Origin: Octopus vulgaris
Taxonomy: Eukaryota
NCBI GenBank assembly: GCA_951406725.2
Contig: OX597828.1
Location: 30,318,001-30,382,000 of the forward strand
DNA length: 64,000 bases
Reading direction: 5' to 3'
Shown here: positions 1 to 13,003 of the stretch, piece after piece
Layout: each line of letters opens with the position of its first letter
Position numbering within the stretch: the first letter of the stretch is position 1
The notes under the pieces: generated by a model
What the model was told of the DNA's origin: nothing
What the model saw: only the letters and a program-made list of their open reading frames with translations
Database searches by the model: none
Position numbers and translations under genes: made by a program

Positions 1-213
1 CCGGCCCTTTGAAATACAGGTACAACAGAAACAGGAAGTAGGAGCGAGAGAAAGTTGTGGTGAAAGAGTACAGCAGGGATCACTTACATCCCCTGCCGGA
101 GCCTCGTGGAGCTTTTAGGTGTTTTCGCTCAAAAAACACTCACAACGCCCGGTCTGGGAATCGAAACCGCAATCCTATGACCGCGAGTCCGCTGCCCTAA
201 CCACTGAGCCATT
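1..213 (-). mobile_element. tRNA-derived SINE (family A), 5' part, cut by the window edge
   Basis: The reverse complement starts with a tRNA-like head (TGGCTCAGTGGTTAGG A-box, GTTTCGATTCC B-box) and is near-identical to 26060-26262. Confidence 0.9.
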
Positions 214-339
214 AATACTACGGAATGCGGTATACTATCAAATCAACAACCACCAGTCTTACTGATAATAAAACTTCTACAAGATAAGGACTTGAATATT
301 TATTTATTTACATTTTAAGAAACGGATCTTTTCTGTTTG

Positions 340-1110
340 GCAGCACCTGTAGAAATTAAGTTTTGTGAAAATTTTAAAATATGGTGTATTGATGTACTCT
401 GCCACGCAGAATCTCAGGTGCTAATTCACTTTTCCCAAACGCATTTTCCCAAAAAGATTCGGAAGCTGTCTTTTTGAGCGCGATTGCATGTGTTGTCAAC
501 TCTGAACAAATGAAATATTGGCAGAATTCTGCGTTACGCACGCCATATAAACCCCTCATAACATTTTTTTTTTACATTCTGTAATTTACAAAAAAATTCT
601 AGAAAAGGTTTTATGTATGTCCTCATCGTCTTTCTCTTTGGGTCTCGAAGAAATATTTGCATCATTAGGAAAGCCGACCTCTATGACGCTGCATATGCAT
701 TTCTATCTGTCTCTCACAACAGCATATGACTATTTGCTCTTAGTAGGTTTTTGATGGGCATGTGCCTACAATATACCTGCTGCTGATATTTATGTATACA
801 CTTCATAAAGAGATACTCTAAATTTATTCTAGGACAGACTGTAATTTTTTTCCGAATGGCTTTCTAAATCATTTTAGCGACAACGTTATGCTACATAAAG
901 ATTCATCGTGTTCATAACATTTTCGGGCAATAGCTGAATACGTGTATGCTGAATACGTAATTGCATCCTGGGTGTCCTAGGGCTAAGTATATCCTGTTCT
1001 TGTATTGCAAATGAAAAATATTCGAATTTTGCAGTGACATGTCCGAGAGAAGCCGCTCTTAATGATGATATTACTAACGTTTTCACATTTTCAGGAAACT
1101 TAACCAAGCG
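340..1110 (-). pseudogene. Decayed R4/Dong-type non-LTR retrotransposon C-terminus (restriction-like endonuclease region)
   Basis: Minus-strand translation gives FSFAIQEQDI, ISYCPKM, HNVVAKMI and VVRDR*KCICSVIEVGFPNDANISSRPKEK. These resemble the R4/Dong AIQEQ, HIISxCP, RHDxVAK and D..EVxxPxDxN..EK motifs. Many stops and frameshifts. Confidence 0.6.
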
Positions 1111-1455
1111 TCATCTTTATTTTATATTCTGAGGTATTTTGCGGGTTTATCTTTGTCCAGCTCTTTTGGGAACTATGGGAAATCGTCAGGAAAAAACTCC
1201 TTCCAAAGTAGCGCATATGAGACATTTAGGGTGGTAATCTTTTCGCTTTTTAAGTTATCGACTTAATGTATCTATCTTTGCTGTTGTTGTTCATCAGGTT
1301 ATATCTGAGGGAGGTTGTACGGCACAGAAGACATATATGTATGTACGTATATGCATATTAGCAAGTATGTGTGTGTATATGTGTGTGTGTGCATGTGTTT
1401 GTCCTTATTTATGTATGCATATATACATATATGCGTACACACACACATATTCTCT

Positions 1456-1489
<34 letters not shown>

Positions 1490-1855
1490 AATACATTATG
1501 CACAACAGTTGCTTCGCAACCACTTGCGTATCAAATTGGGAGTCTGCTTTACATCTATAACCTCGGGTCGACTAAATCCGTGAGAGTGTATTTGATAGAG
1601 AGATACTGAAAAAGGCTGATCATATATATATATATGCCTGTGTGCCTTTCTGTCTGTGTTTTCCTCACCACCATCGCTTGATAATCGATGTTGGTGTGTT
1701 TACATTCCTGTAAATTAGTGGTTCGGCAGAAAGACCGATAGAATAAATACTAAGCTTACAAAGAATAAGTTCTGTGATCGATTACTTCGACTAAGAACCC
1801 TCTAAGGTGGTGCTCCCGCATGGCAGCAGTCAAGATGAGTGAAACAAGTAAGGAA
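1490..1855 (+). mobile_element. Composite SINE (family C head, internal microsatellite, 3' tail), decayed
   Basis: The tail GTGGTTCGGCAGAAAGACCGATAGAATAAATACT...GCATGGCAGCAGTCAAGATGAGTGAAACAAG matches 35915-36045 and the reverse complement of 20662-20800. Confidence 0.8.
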
Positions 1856-1894
1856 TAGTAATGAATACATATATATATATATATATATATATAC

Positions 1895-1925
<31 letters not shown>

Positions 1926-1998
1926 CGTGTGTGGTTGTGTGTGTGTGTTTGGGTGTATTGCAACAAGCGAGGTAGTTATTTTCGTAGCGACCGAGTGT

Positions 1999-2047
1999 TC
2001 ACAACTGAAGATGGGCACAATTCGCCCGAAAACATTCGGTCTTGCGA
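1999..2047 (+). ncRNA. Hammerhead ribozyme-like motif (type I topology, imperfect stem III)
   Basis: CTGAAGA (2005-2011), bulged T, stem II GGGC/GCCC (2013-2016/2024-2027), GAAA (2028-2031), GTC (2039-2041). Stem I TCACAA/TTGCGA pairs 5 of 6. Confidence 0.55.
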
Positions 2048-2235
2048 TTTCGTCGTCTGCTAGAGGAAGGTAGGGGTTCGGTCCCCTGCTCGCAATATAT
2101 ACAGACTGCAGACTGCACCGGTAACTAACTTGTGTGGGATCTGCCTGGGACTAAAACTAGTAATGTCGAACTACTATATTGATGTAGCGCTAAATATTGC
2201 TTAATAGTATGTTTAAAACTTTCGTGTCTCATTGA

Positions 2236-2284
<49 letters not shown>

Positions 2285-2343
2285 TTAACTAATGTAGGAT
2301 AAAATTTTTTCGGGAAAAAATTTTTATCAATGGCCAGGTATTT

Positions 2344-2384
<41 letters not shown>

Positions 2385-2387
2385 TTA

Positions 2388-2418
<31 letters not shown>

Positions 2419-2681
2419 TTAATATTTGAGGGAATAAAATCCAAAACTTACACGGAAAAAAATCAATGAAATTAAATCAAATTTCACACAATATAATATA
2501 TATATAGAAAATTAGAAAAAAAAACACATTTTATTAATTCAAAATGAACAATTAAATTACACCATCCAAAAAATTACCTATATTAAAAATATTAACATTA
2601 AAATAACAATAAACTGTCAAAGATTAAGTAAACCCCTACCCAAATAATAACCATAACTTATATAAACTGTAGAATAACGAC

Positions 2682-3395
<714 letters not shown>

Positions 3396-4534
3396 ATATA
3401 CATACGATAAAAAACAATTATACACATTATATATGGACATATTGCTCGCTGATATTAACTATATATTAAGTAGTATCACTTTTGTATGCAATATTACACA
3501 GACACATGCATATATATTTCAATATACTAATTCATATATACTTGTGGAGATACGTGTGAGTGTATGTATTAATATACCCTAATATATAGTTATGCTATTG
3601 TTACATTGACAGACTGTATCACATCCTCCATCTATCATTAATGATTTTATGTCTATAATTCAATTTTCTTTCTTTACATCTCATATATCTCAGATAGCAA
3701 ATCATTGTTACACTGACATTATCTTTTTCAATATTAACGCTTTTTGTCTCCTTAAAAGAAATATTTGGATACCAAAATCGCTTATATTTTCCTCGCGTCG
3801 GAACAAATCAAAGATACCGGAAGTGTACCGAAGTATATTATAATGACATATTGTTGGTGATTTCTATCGAAAATAACACAATAAAATATAAATATTTGGA
3901 AAAGGAACAATAGTATTGATGAGAAGAATGCGGGCTGCTATGAAATTCAAATAAAAATTGTTATTGAATTTTATCCAATATGACTGAAACACTGTTATAA
4001 AATTGGTATTCTTCTTCAAAATAATAGCAATAGATGATTCAGCAAAATTGTTGATTACAAACGCATAAAATGCACAGATAACAAATACTTCACAACAAAG
4101 CTTTCGAATTATATATTTTATTCTAAATATAAAAAAAAAATTAATTTGCTCAGAAGTACATATTTGTGTTTCACCGCCCACAAAGACATACAGAGACACA
4201 GACACACACGCACACACGCGTTTCTTTGTAACTTTGAATAATGCTGAAAGTCCTTTGACAATGAATGAATAGTTAAGGGACTACTAGCTAGTAGTTTTGC
4301 CGTTAATTGCCCTCCTAATGCAATCGGAAACTATTGTTCCAGTAATCCGTTTCTTTCCTATTTCAGCTACGCGAGGGAAAAAATATCTAGATGTACTTTC
4401 TTACAATGGCTGATGACGGGGATGGGAGGTTAGGAAAAACTGTAATATTTCAAATCTAGCTGAGGATATGCGTCATATATATTTTACGCGCATAAAAATA
4501 ATGTGCATGTGTGTGTGTATGTATATATATACAT

Positions 4535-4584
<50 letters not shown>

Positions 4585-5590
4585 CCTTTAAATGGTTATA
4601 AACATCGTCTCGGAGGCGTTAATGCTGGAGAATTTTAAATTACCATTTATGAAAATTTGAATTCAACTATGGAAACCCAAAATATTAATGGCCGTTGTAA
4701 TAGTTAGGTGCTAGGGGGTGGGTGTGTGCCCAGTCGACAGCCGATGACACAGAAATACAATTACAACCCAATCTAAAATCTGAATATTTTCAATTTTGTA
4801 TGAATATTTCAGTGTTTTTTTCTGATTTTTCTAATATGTACTCATTTCTTCTACCACAAAAAGACTTTTAAACACTGGCAGATTTCTGACTTAAGCAATT
4901 TCAAAATAAGCGGCTCCTTTCAAGGACATAATTTCTTAACGTATGGTGTATGTCCGAACACGCAAACATTCCTTTCATACAAAAATCTAGTAAAGCAAAT
5001 TGAAAATCTACAATTTTCTGACAAACCGAGGCGCCTCCAAAATTCAAAACTCAGAACATTTTCCACGACTGACAAAAAACTTAGAAGATAAGCAATTGAC
5101 ATACTAAACAAACTGCTCCACTACGAAAACTGTAAGCTCATTAAAACTTCATTTATTACTAGAAAAAAATAAAGTCAACTGCAATTCAGACACAACGAAG
5201 TAAATCGCTTCACAAAAACTACACTCTCATTAATCATAGAGTTAGTAACTTGTACTTCTCTAATACAACATCTTCTTCTTTTCTGACCATATCGGTGCAA
5301 GAACTCGTTCGCTGGTTCCGTCTATTGAATTTATTCATAGACAAATGATATCTAGCTGTATATCAGCGAACCTGTCTTTTTTCCTTCCCCCCAGTTTATA
5401 CCTTAACTTTGTTAATTCCGCAAACAGCCACTTACCTCTGGGCTCTTAGTGGCAGCAGTAAGCTTCAGAAGGGATCTCAGACAAACATAAAAACAACACC
5501 AATTACGACAAAACCCACGAATAACACACCAAGTAACAACAACGACAACGTTAACTAGAATCTGCCAATGCCAACCCTTTTTCTCTGCAG

Positions 5591-5673
5591 CTATATAATT
5601 TAGCCTTGCTAGCGATAAAAACAACACATCAACAGTGTTACCGTGTCTGCAGAGGGCAGCGACAACGGCAAAG

Positions 5674-5704
<31 letters not shown>

Positions 5705-6086
5705 CTATAATATCATCTCCAAAGGATAATACTAAACACTTTAAATAAACGGCTTGGCTAATTTCTTCTATCCATATATTAAACACTACACTGTTTTCAA
5801 CCCTCGGTATTCCGAAATCCTCATCGCTACCGATATTGCTCAAGTTTCGCGTGGAAGACGAAATAACACGGGGCGGGGGGGGAAGGATTAAAAGAAATGA
5901 AGGGAAGGAATAAAAGAGAGTAAAAAGAAATATCGTTATAAACAGAAAGCAAGAGCGATAGAGAGTCAAATCAGATTAAAAACAAAAAGAAATTGGAGAA
6001 CCGGTGGAGCTGCACCCATCCAGAATAGAAAAGATAAGATTAGATCCATCTAGTTTCAAGTCCAGCATGGAGTAACTTGAGTCCAG
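5591..6086 (+). other. Candidate non-coding 5' exon / promoter-proximal region
   Basis: Mostly unique, relatively CpG-rich sequence. TATATAA at 5592, polypyrimidine-CAG ending at 5590, donor CAG|GTACGT at 6086/6087. No long + strand ORF. Confidence 0.3.
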
Positions 6087-6328
6087 GTACGTTACAATTA
6101 AACTCCCAATCAAACTATAACATGTCCAGTTAACAGTGGCTAGTATACATTGTAATGCAACTTTGATTTTGTGTGTATATGCTTATGCTGACATGCTGAA
6201 GCCAAACTGGTTGAACGATTTTCGTTTCTTCCCCTCTTTCTTTCCCTTTTTGTTTTAAACATACTCACGTATGGCCATGTATTTACGAATGTTTATATCT
6301 ATATTCATATTAATATCTCGGGCGTACA

Positions 6329-6445
6329 TAAGGCAGTAATCTGGCAGAATCGTTAACAGTTCGGAGTATTTCGGCCGCCTATACTTTCTGAGTTCTATTC
6401 CGTCGAGATCAACTGTACCTTTCATCCTTACGTGGTCAGTAGTGG
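6329..6445 (+). mobile_element. SINE family B fragment
   Basis: TAAGGCAGTAATCTGGCAGAATCGTTAAC...TTCTGAGTTCTATTCCGTCGAGATCAACTGTACCTTTCATCC matches 29867 and 60051. Confidence 0.8.
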
Positions 6446-7409
6446 GATCGCTGTAATCCACAATCTCTCTCACTCGAAATTACTAGCTTTGTATCAAAAT
6501 TGGAAACCAATCACTCCTTGTCTAAACATCGTCGCAGTTATAGGCCGAGGAAATAATTTTGAGCAGTATACTGTTTGAATGTGGAAATAATTAATTGACT
6601 ACACAGTCTGCTCATACTCTGTCAGGCTTTGGACATTTTGCTTACTACGTGATGATAGATCACAAGTTACCCTATTCTTCATCTACAGACAATAATGTTA
6701 GTGTTTGTAGGTTTGCATTACAGGAAGTTAATACTTGAGATAGAATATGATATCAAAAGGAAAATGCTATTCATCTTCCGTAATGATAAGTTCTCTAAAT
6801 ACACTGGTCTTAATTTTAACAACTGAAACCATGAAAAAATGCTTTCTCTATTGATGTTGTTTATCCTTCAATACAACACCTCTCGATGATACATCGCCAA
6901 TAGTTTGCTTAAAATATTGATGATATGTTTTCAAAAACATTATACGCCTGTCGTCTAGGAAAATTTATGTCTGTCAAACATAAATTCTAATAGAATTAAC
7001 TTTCAAAACATAAAAAAAGTGACAAATTCGGTTAACAGACGTTAAATCCCCAGAATATCAATTTCAAATATCGGTTAAATACAAATCAATAAACTTGACA
7101 CGCTTGAGTTATTGGAACTAGCACGAGGTGCCAGATCTCCTATTTCCAGTGTTATTATAATGTAGAGAATTTGTATTTATTGAAAATAATCCAATACCAC
7201 AAATGAAACTATAGAAGAGCAGTATGCATATGTATCAAATGCTATAAAGCCATAATATTGTGTCCATTTCTTGAACTTTCGTGATGCACACATTTTCTTT
7301 AATAGGTCAACAGCTTTATTATACTAAAGATTGGTTTCAGAAGAACTGTGACGCCACGAAGTATTGCAATAACACCAGCTACTTAAGTAAAACGAAACAT
7401 ATTTGTTAC

Positions 7410-7500
7410 ATACATACATACATACATACATACATGCATACACGCATACATACATACATACATACATACATACATGCATACATACATATATATACACGTA
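7410..7500. repeat. (TACA)n microsatellite
   Basis: Visible tandem TACA units. Confidence 0.95.
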
Positions 7501-7801
7501 TTTAAGTGCATGCATATACAAGTCATCAACTTTGTGTGTGAGCTATTTCTATTCAACCAGATCAAGTTTGCGGTAGCCAGAGACATGTGTTTCTCAGAGT
7601 CACAACCTCTAACTACCATGATGTTAGTTGAAGTTTTGTTACTTTCATCTGCAGATGTTTATGCGTAGCTATTGTATCAGAATGGAATCAAACGTAATAT
7701 CTACAGAAATAATTCTTGACCTAATGACATGTTGATTATGGCGTTCCTTGACGGAATAATTGATGTGACCTAAGCCTGTAATCTTTTTACAGCAAGGAAA
7801 C

Positions 7802-7887
7802 ATGAACATATACATTGGTGCACGTACCTCCATATCAATATAGACAAATACAGACACTTATATCTAACTACATATACATACATGCAT

Positions 7888-7942
<55 letters not shown>

Positions 7943-8023
7943 TGTAGGTATATATACTTAGATATATGTGTTTATATTTGTCTATAACGATATGGAGGTA
8001 CGTGCACCAATGTATATGTTTAT
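7802..8023. repeat. Inverted duplication (~90 bp arms) centred on (TA)n
   Basis: 7805-7836 is a perfect 32-bp reverse complement of 7989-8020. Similarity continues inward to the TA array at 7896-7939. Confidence 0.95.
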
Positions 8024-8054
8024 ATGCATGTATGTATGTATGTATGTATGTATG

Positions 8055-8134
<80 letters not shown>

Positions 8135-8909
8135 ATAGAGGCCAGGGTGCCTTGTGCTCCGTTACTTGATAAATTGAAAATGTTTTGGAAATATACAAAC
8201 AAGTAAAAATCGTATGACGTATATTCAATGCATAAATGGAGGGAAGACAGATACAGAAGGTACCTAATACTTCTCAGTTTCGTACCATTAATAATGAGAA
8301 TGACAGGCAACACATGCGGGTGGTGCCCGCAAAATTTGCGGAGAATATTGAGTCGAGAGCAAACGGTACATGGATTAGAACTGATACACAGTAGACATAT
8401 GAAAGTGAATAAACGTAATTTTATGATGACAGTCGAAGAACAAATACGAAATAAGACAAATGCGAAATAAGAAACGAGCAAAATATAGCCCTGAGGTTAT
8501 ATTTTGACAGGAATTGTGAGTAACGTTTAGAGTGACAACCTAAAGGATAGAAATGAAAAGACATATGCCTGTGGGAAACCGAGAATTTAGGACTGGTCAG
8601 TTACGTGACCTGTGTAAGAAGGGTAGAAAAAGAAAACAGAGCTGGCCACGTGTCATGTGACAGCAGCAGGGAGAGAGGAAAGAGGCCAAGAGTGAGAGAG
8701 AGAGAGAGAGAGAAAGAGAGAGCGACGTTTTTGTAACTTTTATCTTATAAGACGATCTGAGATTTTGAATCAGCCCATGGTTATCTCTCTTCCGTATTTC
8801 CCTTTCAGGAGGGCTAAAGTGAAACACGCTACTGGGAAACCGATACACGGAAGTACTGGACATATAGGATGTTTTTACAGCTTTTGCCATATGAGAAAAT
8901 CTAAAGTTC

Positions 8910-8962
<53 letters not shown>

Positions 8963-9058
8963 GCATGTATATATGTATGTATATGTATATATATCCATGT
9001 ACACACACAAACACACACACACACACACACATACATATATATATGTACATGCACATGA

Positions 9059-9098
<40 letters not shown>

Positions 9099-9488
9099 GT
9101 GTGTGTGTGTATATATTAAGATAAAACTTACTTGGAAGTGGATGCGTGGCGTTCATAGTTTCGAATTTGTGTGAATGTGTATAGTATAATATATCAGTAG
9201 AATAAAGTTAATGATATGGATATATAAATATAGACAACCTACACAATATCGGTACGCTTGGCAAAGAGTGATGTTTAAGAGCATGCGGATTGATCAGAAG
9301 GGTATTCTAAAAACTGAACTGGTTGGAGTGTTCTAAGCGGTACTAAAGTTGTCATATGAGTACACTATGTAAGAAAGCGCTAATTTTGTTAATATACCAT
9401 AATAAAAACGTGAAAACCAGACTATGTTTTAACTTTATCAACTGATACACACACATACGCATGCAAGCACACATACACAAACAAACAC

Positions 9489-9525
<37 letters not shown>

Positions 9526-9530
9526 CATAT

Positions 9531-9850
9531 GGGTGAAGGCACATGGTTCGGTGGTGAGAGCGTTGGTCTCACAATCATATTGTATTGAGTTCGATTCCGG
9601 ATCAGGCTGTGTGTCGTGTACTTCAGCAAGACACTTTTTATCCCGTTGTTCCAGTTCATTCAGCTGTAGAAATGAGTTGCGATGTCACTGGCTGGTACCA
9701 GGCTGTATTTGCTTTTGTCTTTCCTTTGGATAACACCAGTAGTGTGGAGAGGGAAGGCCGGTATGCATGGGCAACTGCTTGTCTTCCATAAACACACTTG
9801 CACAGGCTTGTACTTCGGAGGATAATTTTCGCATGGTCATACCGATGGGT
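9531..9850 (+). mobile_element. tRNA-derived SINE (family A-related head)
   Basis: tRNA-like head GGCACATGGTTCGGTGGTGAGAGC...GAGTTCGATTCC, then CAAGACACTTTTTATCCCGTTGTTCCAGTTCATTCAGCTG, shared with 42876-43150. Confidence 0.8.
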
Positions 9851-9869
9851 ATCTTTAACACTTATATAT

Positions 9870-10044
9870 AGGTACAGGCACAACAGTATGGTAAGAAGCT
9901 TGTTCCCTTACGACACGATTCCGTGTTCGCTTCCACTACGTGGCAACTTGAGCAACTTTTCCTACTATAGCCTCTGGCCGATCAAAGCCTTCTGAGCGGA
10001 TTTGGTAAATGGAAACTGACAGAAGCCCATTGTAGTTATACATA

Positions 10045-10092
<48 letters not shown>

Positions 10093-10360
10093 AATATATA
10101 TCTATGTATGAATGAATACGTGTGTGTAGTGTGTTTGTATCTATATTCGTGCTCCACCACCACTTGACAATTGGTGTTGGTGTGTTTACGTCCCCGTATC
10201 TTAGCAGTGAGACAAAAAAACCGATGCGATTATTACCAGGATTAAAAGAAAATGTGTACATTAAAAGAATTAAAAGGATTAAAAGAAAAAGTGTTCATTC
10301 GATTAAAAATTCTTCCAGGCCGTTTGGTCAACATGACCGACGTCAAATAACTGAAACATA
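9870..10360 (+). mobile_element. Composite SINE family C (head, microsatellite, tail)
   Basis: The head ...CTACTATAGCCTCTGGCCGATCAAAGCCTTCTGAGCGGATTTGGTAAATGGAAACTGACAGAAGCCC matches the reverse complement of 20850-21023. The tail matches 1640-1855. Confidence 0.8.
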
Positions 10361-12049
10361 TATAAATTATTAGAGATATCATGTTATTAATAAATTACAG
10401 TGACACATACAACAATCTCCTTTTAGAGTAATATTTCACGAATATACTATAATAACTATAAATGTATGGACAGCTTTTTTATTTGAAAGAAATCAAAACC
10501 AGCCATTGATTTTTTTGATATAATCTAGTATTATTATCGAATAATTAACATAAACGTCCCTCCTCAGTATTGGTTACTTCACAGTTGCAGTAAACTCTCC
10601 TTAAAATTTTAGAACCTAAAATATGTAGTCTCGTAACTATTTTCTCAACTCATACACAAAGCAAATTAATGGTACTTGAATCGATAGATGTTTATATTTT
10701 ATCCATTTTATTTTCAGTTCCTCTTTACTGTAAAATTGTTATGCTCAAGTACATCTCTGTATGAATTTTAACTTGAAAATCAATACCATAGATTCCATGT
10801 ATCTATTGATTCACTAGTAAAAATTCGTATTATATATCGTTCTTTTACCAATATCTTCTCAGTTTGAATTTACCGGAAGTAGTTTCTATTATCCCCCTCA
10901 GATTTTTTTTTTTGTGTTTGGAAAGGTATCAGAATTGTTTGATTTTATACGTAATAAAATTCCTTGGCCATTTCCGATTGTGATTTACAGAGTTCCAGAA
11001 TAAACAAAATATGAAACATCCAATATAAATTTAGGTTTAATCGAGTGTAGCTCCTTCCCTAAACCTATGACTGCATAATATTCGCCACAAATTCGTTGTC
11101 CTGTATCTATGTATGAAATTATATTAAGAAAATTTAGTGGATTGCAGATTCGGTTGAGTGACCCTATGGAAAACATTGCAATATATTTCGTTACCTTTCT
11201 TTAAATTATGAATATATACCTTTTGGATAAAACGTCTGGTAATGAAGAACTAGTATATATATTGTCAGTAATAAAAACGCCTGAATATGTGCATTTATAT
11301 TTAAGATCGGAGACTTTCGTATTTGTGGCCAGTGTAAATGCTTGCCATGTGTGGACATAAGAATGTGTTTCTATGTAGTGTGTGTATTCCTCTGCTGCGG
11401 AGATTTTTCAGTGTTTTCTTGGATTTCTTGTTTCGAATATGTATTGACTTTCTTCATTAACGAGACGGATTGAACGCTACACTAATTAAAATGTGTTGTT
11501 ATAGAAATACGCGAAATGGCAAGTATAAAATGACGTACTTATTTGAAAAGTTAGCTGAGGAAACGCCTCTGTACTTATAATGCACCTTCACCTAAAATTG
11601 ATTGTACAGCATCTCATCTGTACGATGAGTGCAAATGATTGTGGTGGTTTTGTATAAGGAGTCACAAGAACACCATTTTCTGTTTCTCATCTCCTTATAT
11701 ACACCCTACGGATACAAAGGAATTTCTACACCCTGTGATATATACCTCAAAGCTGTTGTTGATATTAGTTAGCCGAATATTGTAGAATGGCTTGAAACAG
11801 CAATCTATAAAGTGTCTACCCGAATATAAAATTACTACGCACTCATACATGTGTGTGTGAGTGTGTCTGTGTATGTGTTGAGTGAGAATAGGTGAGAGAG
11901 AGAGAGAGAGAGAGAGAAAGGGGGAGTGTCCACGCACTCATGAAAACATAATGCATTGAACTTATTTACTTACGAAGTCATAATTTACTTGGCAGCTTAC
12001 CATTATTTCATTATATTTCTTAAAGTATGTATGAGCGTGTGCAACAATT

Positions 12050-12156
12050 CTCATATATATATATACATATATATATATGTATATATATATACATATATAT
12101 ATATACATATACATATATATGTATGTATATATATATACATATATATATACATACAC

Positions 12157-12190
<34 letters not shown>

Positions 12191-12225
12191 GTATGTATAT
12201 ATATACACATATACATACATATATT
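12050..12225. repeat. Degenerate (TA)n/(TATACA)n microsatellite
   Basis: Visible tandem repeat. Confidence 0.95.
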
Positions 12226-12629
12226 AGTGGCTGAAACTTTTACGAAAGAAAACTGTGATGCTTGAAGAATAGAACTGCATAACGCATGCGGTTCCTGTAA
12301 CATGAAATCAACATCTTAATGCAGATAGATTACTGCAAAGGACAGAGAAAGTCTTTCGCGTTCTTACAAGCATTAAATCCACTCAAATATAAATGTTAGG
12401 GACATTAACTATTTATTTTTCCAGTCGGTGAACGACGAGTGATTAAGCATTCATATTTTCCAGTAAATGCCAAATGTGAATTTTCACTGAAAGTAATGTT
12501 CTCCTCGTCCTACGGAAATAAATTTATCAAAATATCTCCTTTGTCATTTCAGAGATTATTGTAATATATTATATAGATATTATTAGCTTAAAAACTATAA
12601 AAATATAATATACTAACGCTAATGCTAAT

Positions 12630-12654
12630 AACAACAACAACAACAACAACAACA

Positions 12655-12695
<41 letters not shown>

Positions 12696-12736
12696 GACGA
12701 CGACGACGACGACTCCTACTGCTGCTGCTGCTGCTG

Positions 12737-12782
<46 letters not shown>

Positions 12783-12933
12783 TACTACTACTAATAATAA
12801 TAGTAATAATGATGATGATAATAGTAATAGCAATACGTTTAGTATTACTATCATTATTATCCTCTCCCTCTCTACTACCCCTAATTTCTCCTTTTCCCCC
12901 TCCTCCTCCCCATTATTATTATTATTATTAAAA

Positions 12934-12967
<34 letters not shown>

Positions 12968-13003
12968 CATTATTATTATTATTATTTTTGCTACTGTTAT
13001 TAT
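12630..13003. repeat. Compound trinucleotide microsatellite (ACA/ACT/ACG/GCT/AAT/GAT/ATT)
   Basis: Successive triplet arrays; this is the source of the poly-T/poly-V/poly-L ORF-track entries. Confidence 0.95.

Noticed and set aside
130-213. tRNA gene-like sequence (also at 9531, ~21000, 29867, 42876, 60051)
   Set aside because: The A/B boxes continue into SINE bodies and no full cloverleaf forms, so these are SINE heads.
4600-5050. Possible terminal inverted repeats (GGAGGCG / CGCCTCC)
   Set aside because: Similarity beyond 7 bp is too weak to support by eye.
5412-5969. 185-aa minus-strand ORF with a poly-V hydrophobic stretch
   Set aside because: It has a non-ATG start, the poly-V comes from a (CAA)n repeat, and no domain is recognisable.
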